Shown here: piece after piece, positions 8,967-17,445 of the stretch
Position numbering within the stretch: the stretch's first letter is position 1
Layout of the letters: each line of letters starts with the position of its first letter
Assembly: GCA_027858315.1 (NCBI GenBank)
Contig: JAQICV010000041.1
Coordinates: forward strand, 1-63,415
Source: Candidatus Woesearchaeota archaeon
GTDB taxonomy: Archaea > Nanobdellota > Nanobdellia > Woesearchaeales > UBA583
Length of the DNA: 63,415 bases
Direction: 5' to 3'
The notes under the pieces: generated by a model
Databases searched by the model: none
Told to the model about the DNA's origin: nothing
Seen by the model: only the letters and a program-made list of their open reading frames with translations
Made by a program: the position numbers and the translations under genes

Positions 8967-10366
8967 TTCTTTTTCTCTTTAGAATTTTTACTTTTAACAA
9001 ATAAATAAATGTAATGTAGAGGATTTTTAACATTTACTCTCGGAAATTTATCTTTATCTTCTTTGATAATTTCTTCATCAATACCAATTCCTCTGTAATA
9101 ATTTTGATTATTATAATTTGGTGGAGAAATAGTTTTCTCTTGATTCTCAAACCATGTAATTTGTGCATTTATATAATTCTTTTTTAATGGAGAACTTTGT
9201 TTAGAATTCCATTCATCAATTGTTGCTCTAATATGGTCTTTATCCCATTTAACTGCATGTAAAAATGTAAGTAATAAAAATAAAGCTCTTTTTTTCCCAT
9301 CTTCAAAATCATTCTCAAGTGCAAATACAATAGTTGCAGGAAAATCCTTTAACTCTACTTTTTCATCAATTTCAAATGCAGCAATTTCAAACTCACCTTC
9401 AAAAATTATACCTCTTTCATGTCCTTTTTTATCTTTTTTTATCTTATTTACAATTTTTTCAAATTCGTCATCATTTCCATCTTCATAAGTCCTCATAAGT
9501 AAAATGTCTCCATCTTTTCCATATTTAGGATCATATCTTAAAAATTCAAAATGTTTATTGAACTCAGGTTTCACATTTCCAACCTTTGCCCAATTCTTTT
9601 CAAATTTCATAATGTTCTCATTCTTTAAAGGCACACTAGCAAGACCTGATTTCTCATTCAAAGAATAAGGCATTCTAAAAAGATGTCTTGATGAAATCAA
9701 AATAGTATCAATTTCAATTACTTTCATAAATTCAAAATTATATGAATCAATATCATCATTAATCAAATCATTAACATCTAAATCATACTTCTTAGCAATT
9801 TTTTCAACACTTCCATCATGTTCAAGTATAGCTTTAGATATTCTTCCCTTTAATTCAACCATTAAATATGCGGCAATTTTTCTAGCAACTACTGGGAAAA
9901 GTTTTCTAGTTTCTCCAATTCCAATAATATTCTTAGAAAATGCTTCAAAAGGAATTCCAATATGAAAACCCTTATTCCCACTAAATTTAGTAGAAGCATT
10001 ATGAACTCCTATCTCATTTAAAAATTCAATAATAATTTTACCAACTATTTGTGCATAAAAAAAATCTACACCATCTAAATCAAGAATTAAATCCCATCCT
10101 ATTCTATTCTTAACTTTTTCTTCTTCAGAATATTTCTCATTACCTAAAAGGAGAGGATTAGCCCATCTCTCCTCGCTACAATGAAAAGAACTAGCTTCTT
10201 TTTGTACAAAACTCTTAACATCACTGATATATTCAATAGTATCTGGTCTCTTTCCAAAATAAGAACTCTTGAATTGAACTGCAATTTCCCTATCTTTAGC
10301 AAAATCTAATATTGCCTTTTGGATTTCAGGCCTAGAATAATATTTATCTGCTAAAGTTTGATTCAT
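8963..10366 (-). CDS. priS: DNA primase catalytic subunit PriS (AEP) with a C-terminal helical extension
   Basis: AEP motifs 'DLILDLDG' (DxD), 'FSGNKGFHIGIPF' (sGxGxH) and 'RMPYSLNEKSG'. At 467 aa it is about 120-140 aa longer than a typical PriS. Confidence 0.85.
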   Translation of the reverse strand: MNQTLADKYYSRPEIQKAILDFAKDREIAVQFKSSYFGKRPDTIEYISDVKSFVQKEASSFHCSEERWANPLLLGNEKYSEEEKVKNRIGWDLILDLDGVDFFYAQIVGKIIIEFLNEIGVHNASTKFSGNKGFHIGIPFEAFSKNIIGIGETRKLFPVVARKIAAYLMVELKGRISKAILEHDGSVEKIAKKYDLDVNDLINDDIDSYNFEFMKVIEIDTILISSRHLFRMPYSLNEKSGLASVPLKNENIMKFEKNWAKVGNVKPEFNKHFEFLRYDPKYGKDGDILLMRTYEDGNDDEFEKIVNKIKKDKKGHERGIIFEGEFEIAAFEIDEKVELKDFPATIVFALENDFEDGKKRALFLLLTFLHAVKWDKDHIRATIDEWNSKQSSPLKKNYINAQITWFENQEKTISPPNYNNQNYYRGIGIDEEIIKEDKDKFPRVNVKNPLHYIYLFVKSKNSKEKKN

Positions 10367-10440
10367 AATATATTTGAGAATAAATCATTTATATAATTTT
10401 AGTAAGAAATCTTATAAACTTTAAACTTTGAGAATATATT

Positions 10441-11010
10441 ATGGGTGAAAAAGTAATTATTGGAATTACGGGAACTCTTGGTGCTGGAAAAGGTACAATT
10501 GTTGATTATTTGCAAAAGAGATATAATTTTAATCATTTCTCTGCAAGTGAATTCATAACTGAAGAAATTTTAAGGCGTAATTTAGAAGTAAATCGAGATT
10601 CGATGCGAGAAGTTGCAAATGATTTGAGGGAAAAAAATTCTCCAAGTTATGTAGCTGAAGAATTATATTTAAGAGCAGGAAAGACTAAAAACAATGCAAT
10701 TATTGAGAGTTTGAGAACTCTGGGTGAAATAAATTCTCTAAAAGAAAAAGGAAATTTTTATTTATTTGCTGTAGATGCAGACTCCAAAATTAGATATGAA
10801 AGAATTTTATTAAGAAAATCATCAAAAGATAATGTATCTTTTGAGAAATTCATTCAAAATGAAAAAGCTGAGAGTCTAAATGAAGAGCCACACAAACAGA
10901 ATTTACCTAAATGTATTAATCAAGCAGATTTTAAATTCAACAATGATTGTAATTTTGAAAATTTATACAAACAAATAGATGAAGTAATGAGGAAAATAGT
11001 AAATGGATAA
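10441..11010 (+). CDS. P-loop nucleotide/nucleoside kinase (CoaE/adenylate-kinase-like)
   Basis: 'IIGITGTLGAGKGT' Walker A at the N-terminus. 189 aa. Overlaps the downstream dCMP deaminase by 8 nt. Confidence 0.55.
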   Translation: MGEKVIIGITGTLGAGKGTIVDYLQKRYNFNHFSASEFITEEILRRNLEVNRDSMREVANDLREKNSPSYVAEELYLRAGKTKNNAIIESLRTLGEINSLKEKGNFYLFAVDADSKIRYERILLRKSSKDNVSFEKFIQNEKAESLNEEPHKQNLPKCINQADFKFNNDCNFENLYKQIDEVMRKIVNG

Positions 11011-11512
11011 TCAAAAATCAACTTTAAAAGAAAAATATCAAAGACCTTCCTGGGATGATTATTTTATGGAAGTAATGGAAGCTGTTGCAAAAAGAGCAAC
11101 TTGTGATAGGGGAAGATCTGGTTGCGTTATTGCAAAAGATAAACAACTCTTAGTAACTGGTTATGTTGGTTCTCCAATTGGACTTGATCATTGTGATGAA
11201 GTTGGACACCAAATGAAAATTATGGTACATGAAGACGGTAAAGCTACAAATCATTGTGTAAGAACAGTTCATGCTGAGCAAAATGCTATATGTCAAGCTG
11301 CCAAACTTGGTGTAGCATTAGAAGGTTCGACTCTTTATTGTCGTATGACTCCTTGTAGAGTCTGTGCTATGTTAATAATAAATTCAGGAATAAAGCGAGT
11401 AGTATGTCAAAAAAGATACCATCAAGGAGCTGAAGGTGAAGAAATGTTTAAAAAAGCTGGAGTTCAAGTTACTATATTAAATCCTGAAATTGAAAACTAT
11501 GCAAATCAATAA
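11003..11512 (+). CDS. dCMP deaminase (ComEB/CDA family)
   Basis: Zinc motifs 'HAEQNAI' and 'PCRVCA'; 169 aa. Confidence 0.9.
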   Translation: MDNQKSTLKEKYQRPSWDDYFMEVMEAVAKRATCDRGRSGCVIAKDKQLLVTGYVGSPIGLDHCDEVGHQMKIMVHEDGKATNHCVRTVHAEQNAICQAAKLGVALEGSTLYCRMTPCRVCAMLIINSGIKRVVCQKRYHQGAEGEEMFKKAGVQVTILNPEIENYANQ

Positions 11513-11527
11513 TTAAAAAATATTTTT

Positions 11528-11794
11528 TTAGAAAATTTTATTCTCGCTACCATCTTCTTTAAACTCAATGATATGGATACAATTAACTGGACAACTCTCA
11601 GCACCTTCTTTATTTAAATCAAAATCTGTTCCATCATCAAATTTTCTAATTTCTTCATTTCCATTTCCGGATTTTTCAGAACCTGCTAAATCTGATTTAC
11701 CATCACTATTCATACTCCAATAACTAGGAGCAACACTAGCGCAAGCTGCGCAACCAATACATGCATCTCTATCGTGAACAATTTTATATGTCAT
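11528..11794 (-). CDS. single-cluster ferredoxin
   Basis: 'CIGCAACASVAP' plus a distal 'CPVNCI'; 88 aa. Confidence 0.8.
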   Translation of the reverse strand: MTYKIVHDRDACIGCAACASVAPSYWSMNSDGKSDLAGSEKSGNGNEEIRKFDDGTDFDLNKEGAESCPVNCIHIIEFKEDGSENKIF

Positions 11795-11907
11795 ATCAAA
11801 TTTAAAGAAAACTAGTTTATAAATTTAATTACTTTAATATAAATAAATCTCCTATGTCTAGACCAAGAGTAGTAACACTTTTAAATCTAAAGTAATTACT
11901 TATAAAT

Positions 11908-13143
11908 ATGCGAACTGATTATGCTGAATCAATTGATAGAAATTTGTCAAATAAAAGTAAATTTATTTTACCAAAACTAGCCTTATCTTCAATCTTACTA
12001 TTAGGTACTGCATTATTTAGTTATAATTCTGGGGTTAATTTTAGTAAAACTTCAATAGAAAATAAACAAAATAAAATTATCGAAAATTTTGTTGAAAATA
12101 CTGATAAAAATAATTTTAGTGGATTTAGTAATAGGATTAAAATTGATAATCTCGAAAGAAAATTGGAAGTTAAATCTACTAATGAGGAACTCAATGAGAA
12201 ATTAGATAGACTGCTAAAAGGAAAATATATAACTAAATTTGCTTATGACGATTTTTTTAAAAATGGTGATTCTAAAGCTTACGATTTATACAAAAATAAA
12301 AAAATTTCAGAATTTGCTTTAATTACATATTTGAGGGCAAATCCTGTTATTGATATATTAAATGAAAGTGAGGCAATCTTTCAAACTCCTGAATTTAAAG
12401 CAATAGTTGGTGCTGAATCTGATTTTTCACCTAACGCAAAATCCAATGCTGGTGCTATAGGGATGGCTCAAATGACTAAAGGTAAAAATGGTGGAATTGA
12501 AGGTTTACTCCATACTCGAAAAAGGGATAATGAAATTGTAAATAATATGTTAAATAAAGACAAAGTTAGTAAATTATCACTTGAAAATTATTTTGAGGAT
12601 TCAACTAAAATTAATTTAAATGATTTGGGATTAAATAAAGAAACACTTAAATCTTATGGTATAAGTGAAATAGAATTAAGTGAAGTAATAATTCCTAGGT
12701 ATTTGGCAATGAATGAAATAAACTTTGATAAATATACTTCAGAGAGTATAAAAAATAATATCAGATACAATATTTTGGCAGGAAATGCTCATTACTTCTC
12801 AGGAAAATTAGAATTAAGTATTCTGTCAACAGTAAAAAAAGAAAATCCTACTCGAGTTTTTTTTGAAGATGTTTCAAGATCTGAATTAGAAAAAAATTTA
12901 AACAATAGTGCTTTTCTTTGGAATTTAGATGAATTTTCTCAAGGTGCATACAATGCTGGAGTCAATGCCTTTAGGAATAAATATTTAAAACTTGCAAAAA
13001 AAGATTTATACGATACATTTAGGCTTGCATCTAATGAAACTAAAATTCACAGAACTAGAATAAATAAATATAAAGAAGCATTTAATGAACTTGAATCACA
13101 TAATGTATTTGATAGTGAAAATCTGTATGTTACTAAAAATTAA
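11908..13143 (+). CDS. membrane-anchored lytic transglycosylase (SLT domain) protein
   Basis: N-terminal TM. All three SLT family-1 motifs are present: 'AESDFS' (catalytic E-S), 'AIGMAQMT' (GLMQ-like) and 'AYNAGVNAF'. Confidence 0.8.
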   Translation: MRTDYAESIDRNLSNKSKFILPKLALSSILLLGTALFSYNSGVNFSKTSIENKQNKIIENFVENTDKNNFSGFSNRIKIDNLERKLEVKSTNEELNEKLDRLLKGKYITKFAYDDFFKNGDSKAYDLYKNKKISEFALITYLRANPVIDILNESEAIFQTPEFKAIVGAESDFSPNAKSNAGAIGMAQMTKGKNGGIEGLLHTRKRDNEIVNNMLNKDKVSKLSLENYFEDSTKINLNDLGLNKETLKSYGISEIELSEVIIPRYLAMNEINFDKYTSESIKNNIRYNILAGNAHYFSGKLELSILSTVKKENPTRVFFEDVSRSELEKNLNNSAFLWNLDEFSQGAYNAGVNAFRNKYLKLAKKDLYDTFRLASNETKIHRTRINKYKEAFNELESHNVFDSENLYVTKN

Positions 13144-13177
13144 TTTTATTTTGAAAATTAGATATAAGTAAAAATTT

Positions 13178-13488
13178 ATTGGGGTATTATAAGCCACATT
13201 CTGTATTTCGTATTAGCAAAGACCTATAATGTCTTCAATCGAAATTTCAAGATTTGTCTAAGCGAGCATTCTGCTCTTGCACCAAGCTTTTTATCTCAAC
13301 TCTGCATTTACTCGAAGCTCATCTAACAATAAAAATGTAGAACATTTTTAAGCATGGTTAATAAATCAACCATAAATCATAGCTCATAAAACAAAGGGGG
13401 TTTCTGTAGTAGGCGATTTTCTCTCCTAAGCCATTTTAGTGGTGTGTGGACTTTCCTCTCCTTAAAGAGTCACTTGAAATATCCCAAT
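13178..13488 (-). ncRNA. rnpB: RNase P RNA
   Basis: On the minus strand: CR-I 'GAGGAAAGUCC' (rc of 13448-13458), an 'ACAGAAA' element, and CR-V 'ACAGAAUGUGGCUUAUAA' (rc of 13187-13204). P1 pairing AUUGGG(13488-13483)/CCCAAU(13183-13178). G+C is above the intergenic background. TATA at 13511-13519. Confidence 0.85.
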
Positions 13489-13510
13489 AGAATTGAATAA
13501 GTGTAAGTTG

Positions 13511-13519
13511 TTTATAAAA
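13511..13519 (-). promoter_or_regulatory. TATA box for RNase P RNA
   Basis: Minus-strand 'ttttataaa' lies about 23-31 nt upstream of the predicted 5' end at 13488. Confidence 0.5.
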
Positions 13520-13524
13520 TTAAG

Positions 13525-14100
13525 TTATTGCTTTTTATAAAGGTATAAACTAACTCCACCAAGTTCTTTACTTTTAAAATATTTTATTTCATCCATATAT
13601 GCATGCATAAATGATGTTCCAGTACCATTATTTATATCTGGTTTTATTTCTTCTGAAAAATTATACCAATTTAAAAAAGAGTTAGTTGAGTTTTTTTGTC
13701 TTTGTTCTAGTATAAATCTTGAAAATTTTGGATGTATTTTTTCACCTTGATCTGAGATTATGAATTCCAATTCTTTAGGTTTTATACTTGTACTAAGGAT
13801 AATTTTCTTATTTTCATCATACTTATTTCCATGTTGGAATGCATTTAGCAATCCTTCATATAATGTTGTAAAAATATTTGCACTATATCCTAGTTTTTCT
13901 ACATGTTCTGATATTGGTGTTATAATACTTCTAATTTGTCCAGGATATGTCTCTTTCTTAAGCGAAATTGGAGTTTTTTTAAAATATCGAGGTATTTGTA
14001 TTTCAGTTAATCTACTATCTTTCAAATTAATTTCTCTATCAATTAGACATTTCAAATATTCTGATCCAGTTAAAGAAAACATATCTTCCGTTTTGTTCAT
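13525..14100 (-). CDS. HATPase_c-type serine kinase-like protein (RsbW/SpoIIAB-like)
   Basis: N-box 'LYEGLLNAFQHGN', G1 'ISDQGEKI' and G2 'NGTGTSFM'. No histidine-kinase dimerisation (HisKA) domain. Confidence 0.65.
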   Translation of the reverse strand: MNKTEDMFSLTGSEYLKCLIDREINLKDSRLTEIQIPRYFKKTPISLKKETYPGQIRSIITPISEHVEKLGYSANIFTTLYEGLLNAFQHGNKYDENKKIILSTSIKPKELEFIISDQGEKIHPKFSRFILEQRQKNSTNSFLNWYNFSEEIKPDINNGTGTSFMHAYMDEIKYFKSKELGGVSLYLYKKQ

Positions 14101-14230
14101 ACTTCCTATACTTCTTATGTATTTATAAATATATCGTTTGTAACTACTTCATAGTTAAAAGTTTAAATCTTGGACATTCTTATTAAATTTTAGGAATTAT
14201 ATGTAAAAATTTATATAACTAATTAATATT

Positions 14231-15208
14231 TTACTTTCTAAAGCAACATACAAAAAATCCTTGTGTCTTGGATAAATAAGGCATAATTCTTATTGAATTC
14301 TCAACTCCTTGGTCTAACTTCTTTCCTTTAAATATAGTTAAAGGTTTAGTATCAAATCCGAATTTCAAAATAGGTTTAAATGATTTCAATTTTGAATTCT
14401 TTAAAATCCAGTCTACATTTAATTCATTTTCTTCAACTTCAAGGGAACATGTTGAGTAAATCATAATTCCTTCCTTTTTAGTTAATTTTTCTGCATTTTT
14501 AAGTAATTTTTTTTGTAAATCTGAATTATTCAAAATTCCATTCATATCTCTTTTTTTAAGCCAATCTCTATCTCCTACTAAATTCCCACTACAAGGCGCA
14601 TCAAGTAGAACTATGTCAAACAATTCTTTATCTTCATAATCCTCTCCCAAAGTATTTACTATAGTAATATTTTCAAATCCTTGTTTCTGAATATTATTAA
14701 TTAATCTTGTAAGTCTTTTATTTTCAGGCTCTAGAGCTACAATCTCATAGTCAATTTCATGTAATGAAAATAAATCAGCAATTTGGGTAGTTTTGGAACC
14801 CGGGGATGCAGCCATATCCAATATTCTTATTTTTTTATTTTTATATTTACTAAAATCAATACAATTAACTGGAATTTGAGATGCTAAATCTTGCAAATAT
14901 ACTTTTCCTGAAATAGACTCAATAGAGGAAGAGATATTAAAAAAACTTCTCTCAATTTTAAGAGCATTAGAAATAAATGTATTAGAATATTTCACTCTAT
15001 TTTTCTTCAAAAACTTATCACCTTCTTCGATACTAATCTTTGAAAGGTTAATTCTGATAAATTGATTTTTAGTATATTTCTCTTTTGCATCAAGTAATTT
15101 ATGAAAAGTACCTCCTCCAAAAAAATCATCATATCTTTGACTAAATGTATTATTTTTCGGTTTAAAATTAGATTTATTCTTAGAAAAACTCTTCTTTTTG
15201 TATGTCAT
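14231..15208 (-). CDS. NOL1/NOP2/Sun-family RNA m5C methyltransferase
   Basis: SAM motif 'DMAASPGSKTT' and catalytic Cys motifs 'DAPCSG' and 'YSTCS'. Confidence 0.85.
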   Translation of the reverse strand: MTYKKKSFSKNKSNFKPKNNTFSQRYDDFFGGGTFHKLLDAKEKYTKNQFIRINLSKISIEEGDKFLKKNRVKYSNTFISNALKIERSFFNISSSIESISGKVYLQDLASQIPVNCIDFSKYKNKKIRILDMAASPGSKTTQIADLFSLHEIDYEIVALEPENKRLTRLINNIQKQGFENITIVNTLGEDYEDKELFDIVLLDAPCSGNLVGDRDWLKKRDMNGILNNSDLQKKLLKNAEKLTKKEGIMIYSTCSLEVEENELNVDWILKNSKLKSFKPILKFGFDTKPLTIFKGKKLDQGVENSIRIMPYLSKTQGFFVCCFRK

Positions 15209-15258
15209 TATATATTAAGTGTAAAAACATTTTTAAAAGCTTTTGCAGAAAAAAGTAT

Positions 15259-16155
15259 ATGGTTTTATGGATTGCGTATGCACTTATTTCTGCTTTAACT
15301 ATAAGTATAAAAGATATTTTAGTAAAAAAAGTATTCAAAAATAAGAATACTTCTCCTTATCAAATAATATTTGAGGAATATTTTTTACTACTACTTATAG
15401 TGTTAATTTTATTTTCTCCAAAAGTAGATTTTAGTTCATACATACTTCATTGGCACTATTATTTGATAAAATCAGTAACTTTAGTTTTAGCAACTATTAT
15501 TTATTTTAAGCTTCTTCAAAAATATGAGGTTTCTTCAATTGTTCCTCTAATGAATCTAAGTCCTATGTTTTTACTTATACTATCAATTATCTTCTTGGGG
15601 GAGTTGATAAATCTTGTTCAATTTTTTGGAGTTATATTAATTATAATTTCAACTTATATTCTTGAAATAAATTTTCACAATCACAAAAAAAAAGATCCTA
15701 ATAAACATCACTTCGATTTTTTGAAGAAATTAAATTTGAAAGTAATATCTTCAGTTCTTATAATGTTAATTGTAATAAGTATGACTGCAATTGCTGATAA
15801 AAAAATTTTAAATGAAGTCAATGTTTACACAAACATGTATTTTACGGGCTTATTGATATTTGTAATGCTTTCTATTTATTATCTATCTCAAGGTCATTTA
15901 AAATTAGCATTTAAAGATATATTAACAGAGCCTTCAACATTAGTAATTTCTATATTTGCAATAATTTCTACATTTTTCATACTTTTAGCTATAGGTACTC
16001 CGGGTGCATTGGTTAGTTTAATAATTCCTCTTAAAAGAACTTCTACACTTTTCGCCTCAATTGGAGGAGGGATACTATTTCATGAAAAACATATGAAACG
16101 AAAATTATTTGCAACAATTGGCATGCTTTGTGGAGTTTTATTAATTGTATTTTAA
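15259..16155 (+). CDS. EamA/DMT-family transporter
   Basis: About 10 TM helices in two EamA-like halves. Start moved to the ATG at 15259 (MVLWIAYALISA), which removes the overlap with the divergent methyltransferase gene. Confidence 0.6.
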   Translation: MVLWIAYALISALTISIKDILVKKVFKNKNTSPYQIIFEEYFLLLLIVLILFSPKVDFSSYILHWHYYLIKSVTLVLATIIYFKLLQKYEVSSIVPLMNLSPMFLLILSIIFLGELINLVQFFGVILIIISTYILEINFHNHKKKDPNKHHFDFLKKLNLKVISSVLIMLIVISMTAIADKKILNEVNVYTNMYFTGLLIFVMLSIYYLSQGHLKLAFKDILTEPSTLVISIFAIISTFFILLAIGTPGALVSLIIPLKRTSTLFASIGGGILFHEKHMKRKLFATIGMLCGVLLIVF

Positions 16156-16214
16156 TGTTTCTATCTCTAGGAGGTAACTTATCTTTATAGTCTTTTTTAT
16201 TTGTATTTTAAAGA

Positions 16215-17420
16215 ATGGAGCAGATGATGTTAATTTTCTTGATACTTAGTGTATCTTTCTTATTCTCTAGATTTTTTATTTATTTTAATCTGCCAAAAGT
16301 TTTATCGCCTATATTTTTTGGAATATTTATAGGTTATTATAGAGATTATTTGGGTTTAATTAATCTTGATTCATTGGAATTTTTATCTGAATTAGGAATA
16401 ATCATGCTTTTGTTTTATATTGGTCTTGAATTGAACTTGAATAATGTTAAAAAGCAAGGAAACCAAACTATCTTTGTAGCAGTCTTTGGTTTTATTTTCA
16501 CATTTATTTTGGGTTTTATATTTTCACATATGATTATGTCTTATTCAATTAAGGTAAGTTTTGTTATTGCATCAGTTTTAAGTGTCACCGCAGAGAGTAT
16601 AGTAATTGTAATTCTAGAGCAAGCCAAATTACTTAAAAGTAAAATAGGTGAAGTCATTATTGGTGCAGGATTACTTGATGATATATTTGGCCTTTTTTTT
16701 CTTGCGATTATATCTATAATGGTAGCTGATAATTATAGTTTAATTTCTATGTTGCCTTTATTTCTAGGTGTATTGGTTGTTTTTATTGGATACTTTTTTA
16801 TAAAGAAAATTTCATATTTTATTGATAAAGTGTTTATGCAAGATAGTTTAAAATTATATGATATATTTACAATATCTATAATTTTTCTTTTATTTTTTGC
16901 TTTATTTTCATCTCTTATTGGTTTGGATTTTTCATTAGGTGCAATTTTATCAGGAATTTTATTAAATTTTTCATTAAGTAGGGAAGGTAAGAAAGGAGTT
17001 TTAGAAGAACATCAAATAAATTTATTTATCAAAAATATGACTTTTGGTTTCTTGTCATATTTCTTATTTTTTTGGATAGGATTTAATATTGATTTAACTC
17101 AATTCTTACAAAATCCAGTTTTAGGTTTTATTTTTGCAATAATTGCTTTTAATGGTAAATTCTTTGCAGGACTTTTTTCATCATATATTACTAAAAATAA
17201 TTTTTTCACAGGTTCATTAATAGGTGTAGGGATGACAACAAAAGGTGGAGTTGAATTAATTATACTTGAGATTGCAAGAAAGTCTGGTTTAATTAATGTA
17301 CAAATATTTTCTGCATTAGTTCTTATGAGCTTAATCTTGACTATTTTTTCGCCTATTATATTTAATATAATTGTGAAGAAATATAATAAAGGATTACTAT
17401 TAAAGACAGGAAATATTTAA
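16215..17420 (+). CDS. cation:proton antiporter (CPA2/Kef-like membrane domain)
   Basis: 401 aa, 11-12 TM helices, with 'GLELN' and 'GAGLLDDIFG' motifs typical of Na+/H+ exchanger-family proteins. Confidence 0.7.
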   Translation: MEQMMLIFLILSVSFLFSRFFIYFNLPKVLSPIFFGIFIGYYRDYLGLINLDSLEFLSELGIIMLLFYIGLELNLNNVKKQGNQTIFVAVFGFIFTFILGFIFSHMIMSYSIKVSFVIASVLSVTAESIVIVILEQAKLLKSKIGEVIIGAGLLDDIFGLFFLAIISIMVADNYSLISMLPLFLGVLVVFIGYFFIKKISYFIDKVFMQDSLKLYDIFTISIIFLLFFALFSSLIGLDFSLGAILSGILLNFSLSREGKKGVLEEHQINLFIKNMTFGFLSYFLFFWIGFNIDLTQFLQNPVLGFIFAIIAFNGKFFAGLFSSYITKNNFFTGSLIGVGMTTKGGVELIILEIARKSGLINVQIFSALVLMSLILTIFSPIIFNIIVKKYNKGLLLKTGNI

Positions 17421-17445
17421 AAACAATCATTTCTTGAAATATATT

